Positions 9,350 to 19,106 of a DNA stretch of 64,000 nt are shown here, in pieces. Source of the stretch: Alphaproteobacteria bacterium (GTDB lineage: Bacteria > Pseudomonadota > Alphaproteobacteria > CALKHQ01); the NCBI GenBank assembly GCA_965227515.1, contig CBDDFZ010000001.1, positions 3,808,001 through 3,872,000 on the forward strand, in the 5' to 3' direction. The first letter of the stretch is position 1; each line of letters opens with the position of its first letter. The notes below the pieces were generated by a model that was given only the letters and a program-made list of their open reading frames with translations, did not search any database and had not been told where the DNA came from. The translations under genes were made by a program, and so were the position numbers.

Positions 9350-11230
9350 TTAAGCGGAGTTGCCGGCCCAACGGGGCACCGGCAACAACTCCTCGATGAG
9401 ATCGGGCTGGCGGATGCCACCCTCCGTGTTCTGCGGCTGACCCTGGCGGGACGGCCGCAGGCTGGGGAACGAGACAACCCGGTCCAGCATATCCGCCATC
9501 GCATGCACGCTCGCCGGATCGGCGGCGTCCTGGGGAATGCCGTCCAGGGCGGCGGCGTCCGCCGCGCTGATCCCCGGACAACCCGCCAGGGACCCATGGC
9601 CGCAGCAATAGCGGTCCGCGGCTTCGATCTCGTCGTCGCTGAACCCCAGCGCGGCCAGCATGTCGAAGCCGTAGTCGTCGATCTGCACCGGATCCAGGCC
9701 CAGGTTCTCGGTGCATTCCTGCCGCCCGAGGACCCATTGGTTGAAGATGTGGCGCAGGGTTGTCGTCTCCGGGATCGCCGCTTCCAGCCGCTGGCGGCCA
9801 TCGGCGCTCAGGCCACGGGCGCGCAGTTGCTGTGGGTCGAGCGCCGGCGCGCCGCGCAAGGTGCCGTGCCCGACCAGGTGATCGACCGCGCCGGACAGCG
9901 CCGCCGGGCCATAGCCCAGGGCACTCAGTCCATCCAACAGGGCCGGCGCCACCATGCGCACGAAGCGCTCGTCGGTCACCTGATCCTGCACCACCAGGTC
10001 GCGTACGGGGTCGATGCCTGCCGAGCGCGCGTCCAACAGCGGCGCCAGCGGCCCCAGCGCCACGACGCCGGTGAAGGTGGAGTTGCGGAAGCCCGACCGC
10101 GCGCCCAGGCCCAGCGCACGCCGCCACGTCGCGGCATGGGCTGCTGCCAACACCGCGGCGAGATCGCTTGCCAAGGCCGGCCTGACCACGTCGGCCAGCG
10201 TTGCGATGGCGGCATCGCCGGCGCTGCGCTGCTCCGAGAGCTGGCGCAACACGCCCCGGCGGGCGCCGGCGAACGAGGGGCAAGTGCCCGCCTCCGCCGC
10301 CATTTCCGCCGATGCCGCGGCAACCCCGCCGGTGACCAGGCTCATGATGGCGGTGGCAAACGCACGCCCGCCCGCGCTGTCGTAGGGCAGGCCATGCGCC
10401 ATCAGCACCGTCGCCAGATTGGCCACGTTCACCAGCAGCGGCCGCTGGTTGTAGGTCGCCGCCGCCACATCGGCATTCCGATAGAGCCTGGAGGCCAGGA
10501 TGATCTCGGCCGCGACCGCCGCCACATGAACCGCCCGGCGCAGGCGATCCGGCTCCAGCACCCGGTCGGCGTTGAGGAACGCGGCAAGGTTCAGCGTGAC
10601 CACGGTGGGCTCGGCCTCGGCCGAGACGCTGCCGGCCCCGCCATTGCGACGCTGCAGGCTGACGACATTGCCGTCGCTGTTCAGGTCGTCGACCGGCATC
10701 GCCAGCGGCGCGATGAAATCGGGCGCGTCAGCGCCGCGCACGGCCTGCCCGGTACGGAAGTCCACGCCGACGGCGGTGTTCAGGGACCTGTCCGCCAGGG
10801 CATATGCACGCCGCAGCCCCGCCTTGGCCCACACATCCACCGAAGGCGACAGCGCCCGGGCCTCGAGCAACGCCTGCAGGTCGGCCAGGAAGGCATCGGC
10901 ATCCTCGGCCTGGTCGAACAGGCCAAGCTGCCAGCCCCAATAGGCGACGTGGCGCGCCACCCGTCCGCAGGCGCGGCGCGCATCGAAGTCGTCGCACGGC
11001 TGCGGGTCGGCGGGGCGCCACAGCGATGCCGGCACCTCGTCGTCGGGGGAAAGCACGTCATGGGTGTAGCGGTCGACCGCGCCGGTCAGCCGGGCCAGTG
11101 CCGCGGCCGCTGCCTCGGGCCAGCAATGGGGCACGACGACGGCAACCTCGGTATCCTCCACCATGGCCGACGTCACGCGCACGTCGGCTGCATGATCATC
11201 CAGATTGGCGGCGGTCGGCTTGAATCTCAT
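9350..11230 (-). CDS. Degenerate class II (B12-dependent) ribonucleotide reductase NrdJ-like protein lacking the catalytic core
   Basis: NrdJ-like blocks (YWGWQLGLF, VDFRTG, ANLATVLMAHGLPYDS, GFRNS, GHGTLRGAP) but no ACFI, NPCSE or ACNLAS cysteine motifs; intact 626-codon ORF. Confidence 0.75.
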   Translation of the reverse strand: MRFKPTAANLDDHAADVRVTSAMVEDTEVAVVVPHCWPEAAAAALARLTGAVDRYTHDVLSPDDEVPASLWRPADPQPCDDFDARRACGRVARHVAYWGWQLGLFDQAEDADAFLADLQALLEARALSPSVDVWAKAGLRRAYALADRSLNTAVGVDFRTGQAVRGADAPDFIAPLAMPVDDLNSDGNVVSLQRRNGGAGSVSAEAEPTVVTLNLAAFLNADRVLEPDRLRRAVHVAAVAAEIILASRLYRNADVAAATYNQRPLLVNVANLATVLMAHGLPYDSAGGRAFATAIMSLVTGGVAAASAEMAAEAGTCPSFAGARRGVLRQLSEQRSAGDAAIATLADVVRPALASDLAAVLAAAHAATWRRALGLGARSGFRNSTFTGVVALGPLAPLLDARSAGIDPVRDLVVQDQVTDERFVRMVAPALLDGLSALGYGPAALSGAVDHLVGHGTLRGAPALDPQQLRARGLSADGRQRLEAAIPETTTLRHIFNQWVLGRQECTENLGLDPVQIDDYGFDMLAALGFSDDEIEAADRYCCGHGSLAGCPGISAADAAALDGIPQDAADPASVHAMADMLDRVVSFPSLRPSRQGQPQNTEGGIRQPDLIEELLPVPRWAGNSA

Positions 11231-11291
11231 AGGCGTCCTTGAAGGGGCGTCCTTGAAATGGGGTGACCAAGGATCGGCACCCCGACGATGG

Positions 11292-11351
11292 GCACAATAT
11301 ATGCCCTGTCAGATGCAATGTCGCGCAATATGTCGTTAAGATATGTAGATT
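11292..11351. promoter_or_regulatory. Tandem NrdR-box-like sites
   Basis: gcacaatatatgccct (11292) and gcgcaatatgtcgtta (11323), 31 bp apart, plus ttaagatatgtagatt; resemble acaCwAtATaTwGtg. Confidence 0.65.
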
Positions 11352-11510
11352 TTGTGGTCGCCGGGGCGACGATGCCCATATCTGGCGTTGCGAGGTTTGT
11401 GGCGCCGGACGCCCCAAGATGCGCGGGGTGCTTCCCGCATCCACCCGTGATGCACTATAGTCCGCCGCGCCGGCACCCATTGGGTGGCGGCCCCAATTCC
11501 GGAGGCTCAG

Positions 11511-11873
11511 GTGACATTCGGCTTCAATCTTTTCTCCAGGTGGCGCGGCGAGCGCGTGGGCGCCGACGAGTACGGCAACGAGTATTTTCAGGCCCGGCGC
11601 GCGCGCAAGGGCGAACGGCGCCGGCGCTGGGTCATGTATGACGGCGCGCCGGAGGCATCGAAGGTGCCGCCGGAATGGCATGCCTGGCTGCACTACACCA
11701 TCGACGAGCCGCCGGCCGACGGCGGCAAGCTGAAATACGCGTGGCAGAAGCCGCACCAGCCGAACCTCACCGGCACCGCGGCGGCCTATCGTCCGCCGGG
11801 GCACACATTGGCGGGCGGCCACCGCGCGCGCGCCACTGGCGACTATGAGCCATGGACGCCTGGCCAGGATTAA
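11511..11873 (+). CDS. NADH:ubiquinone oxidoreductase subunit NDUFA12 family
   Basis: VGADEYGNEYF, RRWVMY, VPPEWHAWLH, PNLTGT; GGAGG RBS before GTG. Confidence 0.92.
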   Translation: MTFGFNLFSRWRGERVGADEYGNEYFQARRARKGERRRRWVMYDGAPEASKVPPEWHAWLHYTIDEPPADGGKLKYAWQKPHQPNLTGTAAAYRPPGHTLAGGHRARATGDYEPWTPGQD

Positions 11874-11979
11874 TGTCGTTCTGGACTGACACGACAAGAC
11901 GCAGCGGCACGCGGGCGCGCTGAAATTCTGCCACTATCCTGCGATCGGCTGAGGGGCGGGGACGACTCGGAGTGAAGGC

Positions 11980-12438
11980 ATGGGACGAAATTTGATCGAG
12001 ACGGTGATGGGGGCCGTGGTGCTGGCGGTGGCCGTGGTGTTTGTCGCCTTCGCGTATTCCAGCGCCGGCGTGCAAACCGTCGACGGCTATGCCGTGAAGG
12101 CGGCATTCAACCGTGTCGACGGCCTGAACGTCGGCAGCGACGTGCGCCTGGGCGGCATCAAGATCGGCACCGTCTCGGCGCTTGAGCTGGACCCAGCGAG
12201 CTTCCGCGCCCAGGCCACCCTGGCCGTGGCGGAACAGATCGAACTGCCGACCGACAGCTCCGCGCGCATCCTCTCCGAAGGCCTGCTCGGCGGGTCATAT
12301 ATCGACATCCAGCCCGGCGGCGAACTGGATGTGCTCGCCGACGGCGGCAACATTCAATACACCCAGGATCCGATCAATTTGGTCGACCTGCTGGGACGCT
12401 TCGTGTTCAGCGTCGCCGAGGAAGGGTCGCAGGAATAG
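11980..12438 (+). CDS. mlaD: Outer membrane lipid asymmetry protein MlaD (MCE domain)
   Basis: GLNVGSDVRLGGIKIG, SEGLLGGSYI. Confidence 0.9.
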   Translation: MGRNLIETVMGAVVLAVAVVFVAFAYSSAGVQTVDGYAVKAAFNRVDGLNVGSDVRLGGIKIGTVSALELDPASFRAQATLAVAEQIELPTDSSARILSEGLLGGSYIDIQPGGELDVLADGGNIQYTQDPINLVDLLGRFVFSVAEEGSQE

Positions 12439-12512
12439 CCCTGCCGAGCCCGTACTCGGCGGCATGGCCCCGGCGGCATGGCACAAGCGGCTTGACACAG
12501 CCAGGCAAGGCA

Positions 12513-12953
12513 ATGACCGACCACCGCAAATTTCGTGACCGACTGAGGCAGGGTTTCGGCATCTCGGCGCTCATACTAGGCGCTGCCCTGCCCGGCATCG
12601 CCCATGCGCAAGGTGCTGGCGAGATCGTACAAAGCCAGACCGCCCTGCTGGGCGCCCTGGACAAGATCACCGCGCGCCTGACCGAGGTTCCGATCGACGT
12701 CGGCACGTCGGCCGCGTTCGAGCGGCTGGAGATCGAGGTCTATGCCTGCCAGCAACGCACGGTGGAGGCGCGGCTGGACACGGCGGCCTTCCTGCGCATT
12801 CTGGAAACCCGGCCCGATGGCGAGGTCGTGCCCGTGTTCAGCGGCTGGATGTTCGCCAACTCGCCGGGCCTGTCGGCGATGGACCACGCGGTCTACGACG
12901 TTTGGTTGGTCAACTGCCTGGCCACCGACACCGGTGGCGAGGGCGACGGCTAG
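12513..12953 (+). CDS. DUF2155 domain protein
   Basis: ALDKITAR, FSGWMFANSPGLSAMDHAVYDVWL. Confidence 0.88.
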   Translation: MTDHRKFRDRLRQGFGISALILGAALPGIAHAQGAGEIVQSQTALLGALDKITARLTEVPIDVGTSAAFERLEIEVYACQQRTVEARLDTAAFLRILETRPDGEVVPVFSGWMFANSPGLSAMDHAVYDVWLVNCLATDTGGEGDG

Positions 12954-12982
12954 AGACCGCCGCCGCACGCCGCCGGCTCGTT

Positions 12983-13420
12983 CTAGGCGGCGGGTGCCAC
13001 CTCGCGCGATCCGAGCCGCAGCAACGGCGCCACGAACGCAGCCAGGAACACCAGGTTCAGGAGCACATTGAGCGGTGCGCCGGCGGCGACCGATCCGGCG
13101 CAGTCCGCCACGAACCAGATGCTGACATTCGTCAGGATCAGGCGCCGAGCCAAGGCCGGGTCGCGCGGCATCAGCCGGGTCGTGATCTGCCACAGCATCA
13201 CGCCCCAGCCGATCAGAATACCGCCGCCGATGCCGGCAAGCAGGCGCGCGCCCGGCACCGCCAGACCCTCCCCGCCATCGACCGGCCAGAACACCAGATC
13301 GAGCAGAAACTCGGCCGGCCATGCGGTTGCCGGCAGGGCACCCAGGCCAACCAGGACGCCGGAGGCAACGACGGCACCGGAGGCGCACTTGAGCGCGGCG
13401 ACGCGCGATTTCATTTCCAT
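12983..13420 (-). CDS. Hypothetical membrane protein
   Basis: Several hydrophobic segments; divergent from the MmyB-like regulator. Confidence 0.7.
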   Translation of the reverse strand: MEMKSRVAALKCASGAVVASGVLVGLGALPATAWPAEFLLDLVFWPVDGGEGLAVPGARLLAGIGGGILIGWGVMLWQITTRLMPRDPALARRLILTNVSIWFVADCAGSVAAGAPLNVLLNLVFLAAFVAPLLRLGSREVAPAA

Positions 13421-13555
13421 GTCGGTTCTCCCTTGCAGTTCATGCGGCGGGAGACTGGCCGGCTCCATGTCGCTCCGCAATTACCCCGCAGGTAAGCGAC
13501 CGCGCCCACGAATGCGCCTATGCTGCCGGCTTCTCCACAAGAAGCGGCTGCACAC

Positions 13556-14347
13556 ATGGATTCGGCATTCGGAACCGTCTTGAAGGAATGGCGCGGCCGG
13601 CGGCGCATGAGCCAGCTCGACCTGGGCCTGACCGCCGACGTCTCGGCACGCCATATCTCGTTTCTGGAAACCGGGCGCGCGCGCCCCAGCCGCGCGATGG
13701 TGGCATCCCTGTGCGAAGCATTGGAGGTGCCGCGCGCCGAGCGGAACTCGGTGCTGCATGCCGCGGGCTTCGCACCTGCCTACCGCCGTCGCGACCTGGA
13801 CGCGGCCGAGATGGCACACGTGCGCGCCGCGGTCGATTGGACGCTGGACCGGCACGCCCCCTACCCCGCCATGGCGCTGGACCGGCACTGGCACGTGGTG
13901 CGGGCCAATGCGCCAATGCAGGCGATGCTGGCCGGGCTCGGCGTCGGTGAAGGCGACAGCCTGCTCCACGCCACGCTGGACGTGGCGCGGATGCGGCAGA
14001 TCATCGAGAACTGGGAGGATGTCGGCCGGCACCTGGTCGCGCGATTGCGGACCGAGAGCGCCCACCTGGGCGGCGACCAGGTGCTGGACGAGGCCGCGGC
14101 GGCACTGAGTGCCACACTCGGCCCGGCACAGGCCCCGGCACACACGAAAACCGAAGGCGCGCTGGGCGCGGTGCTGCCGACCCGATATCGCACGCCGGAT
14201 GGCTGCGTGCTGTCGCTCATGTCGACGATGGCGCAGTTCGGCACGGCCGAGGACATCGCGCTGTCGGAACTCAGAATCGAGATGATGTTTCCCGCCGACG
14301 ACGCCACCCGCGCCGCGCTGCACGCCCTGGCGGCCGGCGGGCCATGA
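13556..14347 (+). CDS. XRE-family HTH regulator with MmyB-like ligand-binding domain
   Basis: RRMSQLDL..SARHISFLETGR..PSR; FGTAEDIALSELRIE. Confidence 0.9.
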   Translation: MDSAFGTVLKEWRGRRRMSQLDLGLTADVSARHISFLETGRARPSRAMVASLCEALEVPRAERNSVLHAAGFAPAYRRRDLDAAEMAHVRAAVDWTLDRHAPYPAMALDRHWHVVRANAPMQAMLAGLGVGEGDSLLHATLDVARMRQIIENWEDVGRHLVARLRTESAHLGGDQVLDEAAAALSATLGPAQAPAHTKTEGALGAVLPTRYRTPDGCVLSLMSTMAQFGTAEDIALSELRIEMMFPADDATRAALHALAAGGP

Positions 14348-14862
14348 CGAAGCCCGTCGCGCTGAGGGGCCTTGCCGAGTGCGATCTTGCGATGCTGCAT
14401 GGCTGGCTCAACGCGGGTCACTTGTACCCGTTCTACACCTCCGGGCCGGTGGCACGGTCCGAGGTCGAGGATGAGTTCTCACCGCGACTGGGCAGCGGGC
14501 ACGCCGTTCGCGGCCTCATTGCCGAAACCGACGGCGAACCGTTCGGCTACATCCAATGGTATCTGAATGCCGCCTATCCGACCTATGGCGCGGCCATGGC
14601 GGGTCACACGAACGGTGTCAGCTTCGACTACTTCATCGGCAGTGCGGCACATTTGGGCAAGGGTCTGGGCACAGCCATGCTGCGCGCGACGGTCGCCCAT
14701 GTCGCCCCACACGTGTCGGCGCCGGACCGCAGGTTCTACGTCTGGCACGACGACCGCAACATCGCGGCGATACGGTGCACGACTTCAGCCGGTTTTCAGC
14801 AGTGCGCCGAGCTGGAGGCCAATGGGCAGGCCGGTTGGCTGTATACCCGAGGCCCGGCATAG
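14344..14862 (+). CDS. GNAT N-acetyltransferase (AAC(6')-Ib/Acetyltransf_8-like)
   Basis: GYIQWY, FIGSAAHLGKGLGT, NIAAIRC..AGF; ATGA overlap with regulator. Confidence 0.8.
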   Translation: MTKPVALRGLAECDLAMLHGWLNAGHLYPFYTSGPVARSEVEDEFSPRLGSGHAVRGLIAETDGEPFGYIQWYLNAAYPTYGAAMAGHTNGVSFDYFIGSAAHLGKGLGTAMLRATVAHVAPHVSAPDRRFYVWHDDRNIAAIRCTTSAGFQQCAELEANGQAGWLYTRGPA

Positions 14863-14878
14863 CCGGGCGGGCGACAAC

Positions 14879-17278
14879 TCAGTCCGCCAGCACCTTTTCC
14901 TTCTTTGGCCCACCGCCGGACTTCGGCCCGCCGGAGCGCTTGCGCTTGCCGGACGGCTTGTTGCCGGGGCCCTTCTTCGGCGAAGACGATCCGCCTGACC
15001 CGCCGCCACCGGAACCGCTGGGCGCGGCTGGCTTGTGCTCGAACACCAGCTCGTCGCCGTCCAGGTCGACCATCGCCACGCCGCCCTTGGCGAGCTTGCC
15101 GAACAGCAGCTCCTCGGCCAGCGGCTTCTTGATCTTCTCCTGGATCAGGCGGCTGAGCGGACGCGCGCCATAGGTGCGGTCGTAACCCTGCCCGGCCAGC
15201 CAGTCGCGTGCGGCGTCGCTCAGCTCGATGGTCACGTTGCGGTCCAGCAACTGCTCCTCAAGCTGCATGATGAACTTGTCGACCACGCGCTTGATGATGC
15301 TGGGCGTCAAGTGACCGAACGGAATGATCGCGTCCAGCCGGTTGCGGAACTCCGGCGAGAACATGCGGTCGATGGCTTCCTTGTCGTCGCCCTCGCGCAC
15401 CTGGCGCTCGAAGCCGATGGCCGGCTTGGCGAGGTCGGCGGCGCCCGCGTTGGTGGTCATGATCAGGATGACGTTGCGGAAGTCGACGGTCTTGCCGTTG
15501 TGGTCGGTCAGCTTGCCGTGGTCCATCACCTGCAACAGGATGTTGAACAGGTCCGGGTGCGCCTTCTCGATCTCGTCCAGCAGCAGCACACAGAACGGGT
15601 GCTGGTCGACCGCATCGGTCAGCAGCCCGCCCTGGTCGAACCCGACATAGCCGGGCGGCGCACCGATCAGGCGGCTGACCGAATGCCGCTCCATGTACTC
15701 CGACATATCGAAACGCTTCAGCTCGACGCCCAGCGTCGATGCGAGCTGGCGCGCCACTTCCGTCTTGCCGACGCCGGTGGGGCCGGAGAACAGGTAGTTG
15801 CCGATGGGCTTCTCCGGCTCGCGCAGGCCGGCCCGCGACAGCTTGATGGCGCTGGCCAGCGCGTCGATAGCCTTGTCCTGGCCATAGACCATGCGCTTCA
15901 GGTCGCGCTCCAGGTTCTGCAGTACTTCCTTGTCGTCGCGGGTGACGTTCTTCGGCGGGATGCGCGCGATCTTGGCGACAATCGCCTCCACGTCCTTCAC
16001 GCCCACCGTCTTGCGCCGCTTGGAGGGCGCCACCAGCATCTGCGCCGCGCCCACCTCGTCGATCACGTCGATCGCCTTGTCCGGCAGCTTGCGGTCGTTG
16101 ATGTAGCGCGATGCCAGCTCCGCGGCGGTGCGGATCGCATCCTCGGTGTAGCGGATCTTGTGGTGCTCTTCGTAATACGGCTTGAGCCCACGCAGAATCT
16201 TGATCGTATCGTCCAGGCTTGGCTCGTTGACGTCGATCTTCTGGAACCGCCGCACCAGCGCGCGGTCCTTCTCGAAGTAGTTGCGGTATTCCTTGTAGGT
16301 GGTCGACCCGATGCAGCGCAGTGTGCCGCTGGCCAGCGCGGGCTTCAACAGGTTGGAGGCGTCCATCGCCCCGCCGGACGTGGCGCCGGCACCGATCACC
16401 GTATGGATCTCGTCGATGAACAGGATCGCATGCGGCATCTCCTCCAATTCGGAGACCACCGCCTTCAAACGCTCCTCGAAGTCGCCGCGATAGCGCGTGC
16501 CGGCCAACAGCGCGCCCATGTCGAGCTGGAAGATCACCGCCGGCAGCAGCACCTCCGGCACTTCCTTGTTGACGATGCGCCGCGCCAGCCCCTCGGCGAT
16601 GGCGGTCTTACCGACGCCCGGCTCGCCGACATAGAGCGGATTGTTCTTCTGGCGGCGGCAGAGGATCTGGATCGTGCGCTCCACCTCCGCCTCGCGGCCG
16701 ATCAGCGGGTCGATGCGGCCCTGCCCGGCCTTCTCGTTCAGGTTGACGCAATAGGCGCCCAGCGCCTCCTCGCCCTTCTTCTCGCCCTTCTCCTCGCGGG
16801 ACTCCTCGTCGGCGCCACCGACCCGGCGGGTCTCGCTCTGGCCGGGCACCTTGGCAATGCCGTGGGAGATGTAGTTCACCGCGTCCAGCCGCGACATATC
16901 CTGCTCCTGCAGGTAGTAGACGGCGTGGCTCTCGCGCTCGGAGAACATGGCCACCAGCACATTGGCGCCGGTGACCTCTTCCCGGCCGGAGGACTGGACG
17001 TGGATCGCGGCGCGCTGCAACACGCGCTGGAAGCTGGAGGTGGGCTTGGCGTTGTCGGTGCGATTGACGACCAGGTAGGTGAGGTCGGCATCGACATAGC
17101 CGACCAGGTCGTTCCTGAGTTTCTCGATCTCCACCCCGCAGGCCCGCAGCACGGCGACCGCGTCCTGGTCTTCGGTCAGGGCGAGCAGCAGATGCTCAAG
17201 GGTGGCGTATTCGTGTTGTCGTTCGTTGGCTTGGGCGATCGCGCGGTGCAGTGTCTGTTCCAGATTGCGTGACAACAT
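14879..17278 (-). CDS. clpA: ATP-dependent Clp protease ATP-binding subunit ClpA
   Basis: Two AAA+ modules ([16 protein letters not shown]); downstream of clpS. Confidence 0.97.
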   Translation of the reverse strand: MLSRNLEQTLHRAIAQANERQHEYATLEHLLLALTEDQDAVAVLRACGVEIEKLRNDLVGYVDADLTYLVVNRTDNAKPTSSFQRVLQRAAIHVQSSGREEVTGANVLVAMFSERESHAVYYLQEQDMSRLDAVNYISHGIAKVPGQSETRRVGGADEESREEKGEKKGEEALGAYCVNLNEKAGQGRIDPLIGREAEVERTIQILCRRQKNNPLYVGEPGVGKTAIAEGLARRIVNKEVPEVLLPAVIFQLDMGALLAGTRYRGDFEERLKAVVSELEEMPHAILFIDEIHTVIGAGATSGGAMDASNLLKPALASGTLRCIGSTTYKEYRNYFEKDRALVRRFQKIDVNEPSLDDTIKILRGLKPYYEEHHKIRYTEDAIRTAAELASRYINDRKLPDKAIDVIDEVGAAQMLVAPSKRRKTVGVKDVEAIVAKIARIPPKNVTRDDKEVLQNLERDLKRMVYGQDKAIDALASAIKLSRAGLREPEKPIGNYLFSGPTGVGKTEVARQLASTLGVELKRFDMSEYMERHSVSRLIGAPPGYVGFDQGGLLTDAVDQHPFCVLLLDEIEKAHPDLFNILLQVMDHGKLTDHNGKTVDFRNVILIMTTNAGAADLAKPAIGFERQVREGDDKEAIDRMFSPEFRNRLDAIIPFGHLTPSIIKRVVDKFIMQLEEQLLDRNVTIELSDAARDWLAGQGYDRTYGARPLSRLIQEKIKKPLAEELLFGKLAKGGVAMVDLDGDELVFEHKPAAPSGSGGGGSGGSSSPKKGPGNKPSGKRKRSGGPKSGGGPKKEKVLAD

Positions 17279-17285
17279 CCGCGGA

Positions 17286-17609
17286 TCACTCCTTTTCAAG
17301 CGTGCACTGCAGTGGGTGCTGGTGCTGGCGGGCGAACTCGATGACCTGGGTCACCTTGGTCTCCGCCACCTCGTAGGTGTAGACGCCACAAATCCCCACC
17401 CCGCGCCTGTGCACATGCATCATGATGGCCGTGGCCTCCTCGCGGTTCTTGTTGAAGAACCGCTCCAGGATGTGCACGACGAACTCCATGGGGGTGTAGT
17501 CGTCGTTCAGCATCAGCACCTTGTACATCGACGGCTTTTTCGTCTTCGGCTTGATCCGAACGACGACGCCGGTGCCTGAGTCGCCGTCTTGACGATCGAT
17601 ATCGCTCAT
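17286..17609 (-). CDS. clpS: ATP-dependent Clp protease adaptor ClpS
   Basis: [22 protein letters not shown]. Confidence 0.97.
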   Translation of the reverse strand: MSDIDRQDGDSGTGVVVRIKPKTKKPSMYKVLMLNDDYTPMEFVVHILERFFNKNREEATAIMMHVHRRGVGICGVYTYEVAETKVTQVIEFARQHQHPLQCTLEKE

Positions 17610-17880
17610 CAGAAAGACGCCCCAACGGTGCGGTTACCGGTCCCCAAACATGCGCGCCATGTCTGCCGATGGCGCGCGCGGTCGTCGGTCCGGTCACGAT
17701 CTCGCAGGTCGATCATATGAGAAGCCGGACCGCGCTGGGAAGTGTTCAATTGCTGCATCTACGCGGAAGTGTACCGGGTCGTTGTCTGGAGACGCAATCA
17801 CCTGCTGGCCGCCCGAGATCCGGCGCACCGCAGCGTGAACTGCGATGATGTACTTAGGGCGTAAAACACCGGATTCAACG

Positions 17881-17913
17881 AAAAGTGCCCGCCGGGGGGC
17901 CGACGGGCACTTT
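17881..17913 (-). terminator. Probable Rho-independent terminator of the phasin gene
   Basis: AAAGTGCCCG-loop-CGGGCACTTT hairpin with minus-strand T run. Confidence 0.55.
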
Positions 17914-18032
17914 CCTTGCCTATGTCCGAAACATCCTGCTCGGTCGCGCTGCCGCAGACGCGGCCCGCTTCAGGCTATGTCTTGCCGCGCACGCGCCGGT
18001 CATCGGACCGGGGTGCCGGGCAATCGCCGGTG

Positions 18033-18581
18033 TCAGGCGATCGGGCGGCTCATGCGCTCGACATTGGCGTTGAAGCGGCTGCCCAGCGGCTCGAAAGCCT
18101 GGGTCATCACGCGGGAGGTCAGCTCGCTCAGCTTGTTGCCCTCGGCAACGGCGGTGTCGAACGCCGACTTCACGTTGTTGGCCTGGATGTCGATGGCTTC
18201 CTGCAGGGTGGAGCAGCTAAACAGCTGGCGGGTCCAGGCAACGTTGCTGTCCATGCTGGACTGCGCATAGCGCATAAACTCGTTGCCGACCTCCTCGATG
18301 CCCTTCACGAGCACGTTGCCGGAATGCATCACGGTGTCGAAGGTCTCGCGGCCCATGGTCGACATCTCTTCATAGCCCTTGAAAGCCATCGCGCTGGCCT
18401 TCTCGCCATTCTCCTTGCTGAAGGCCATCGCCTTCTCAAGGCCGCTGGCGGCGGCGTCCGTGCTGGCCTGCACGATCTTCTCAAAGCTTTCCTTGCCGGC
18501 AGCCATCGCTTCCTCGGCGGCAGCGGTGGCGTCCTTCGCGGTATTGGCGGCGGTATTGGCCTTGGACTTGGCGGCGGTCAT
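18033..18581 (-). CDS. Phasin family protein
   Basis: Ala-rich N-terminus, phasin-like C-terminal helices, clpS-adjacent synteny. Confidence 0.85.
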   Translation of the reverse strand: MTAAKSKANTAANTAKDATAAAEEAMAAGKESFEKIVQASTDAAASGLEKAMAFSKENGEKASAMAFKGYEEMSTMGRETFDTVMHSGNVLVKGIEEVGNEFMRYAQSSMDSNVAWTRQLFSCSTLQEAIDIQANNVKSAFDTAVAEGNKLSELTSRVMTQAFEPLGSRFNANVERMSRPIA

Positions 18582-18640
18582 GTCAGGTCTCCTGAATCGC
18601 ACACACAGTGTTCGTTAAGCGCAGCGTTGCACCACGCGCT

Positions 18641-18717
18641 ATGTTGCAGTGCAACATGACTATGGTTATGGGGATCGACAGGCCAGCCGTCAAGGGACTT
18701 TTGTGCAATGCACAAAA
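18641..18717. promoter_or_regulatory. Two perfect TGC-containing palindromes, probable PhaR operators
   Basis: ATGTTGCA-G-TGCAACAT (18641-18657) and TTTTGTGCA-A-TGCACAAAA (18699-18717) upstream of phasin. Confidence 0.65.
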
Positions 18718-18824
18718 TTTTTGGCGGGCGCGAGATGCGGTGTGGATAGCCTGCCACGCCAACGCAAGACGCCCCCGCCGCCGTCGATTGAGTATAGCCT
18801 TCAGCCATCCGCGGACTGCCTCAA

Positions 18825-19058
18825 CCTCCCCTCTCCCAGCGGCACGCGCGGGAGAGGGAGGGGCCCGCAAACCGCAGGTTTGTGGGAGGGTGAGGGCCGG
18901 TGGCTCAGTGGTTGATCATTCGGGGGAGTGGGAACAAGAGCATCAATCTCTTGCCCATGGACGGTGCGCTGTAGTCGCTTGCGCCGTGCCCCTCACCTTC
19001 CCAGCCTGCGGCTGGGCCCCTTCCTCTCCCGCACCGCTACGCGGCGGGGAGAGGAGGT
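18825..19058. repeat. Inverted pair of CCCTCTCCC/GGGAGAGG REP-like palindromes
   Basis: 18825-18897 and 18988-19058 are approximate reverse complements, each with internal hairpins. Confidence 0.7.
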
Positions 19059-19106
19059 TTGGAACGCGCTCCGCCAAATGGGCGAGGACAACGAATCGTT
19101 GGGAGG

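Noticed and set aside
14879-15040. Gly/Lys-rich ClpA C-terminal tail
   Set aside because: Variable low-complexity tails are common on alphaproteobacterial ClpA; no evidence of a distinct domain.
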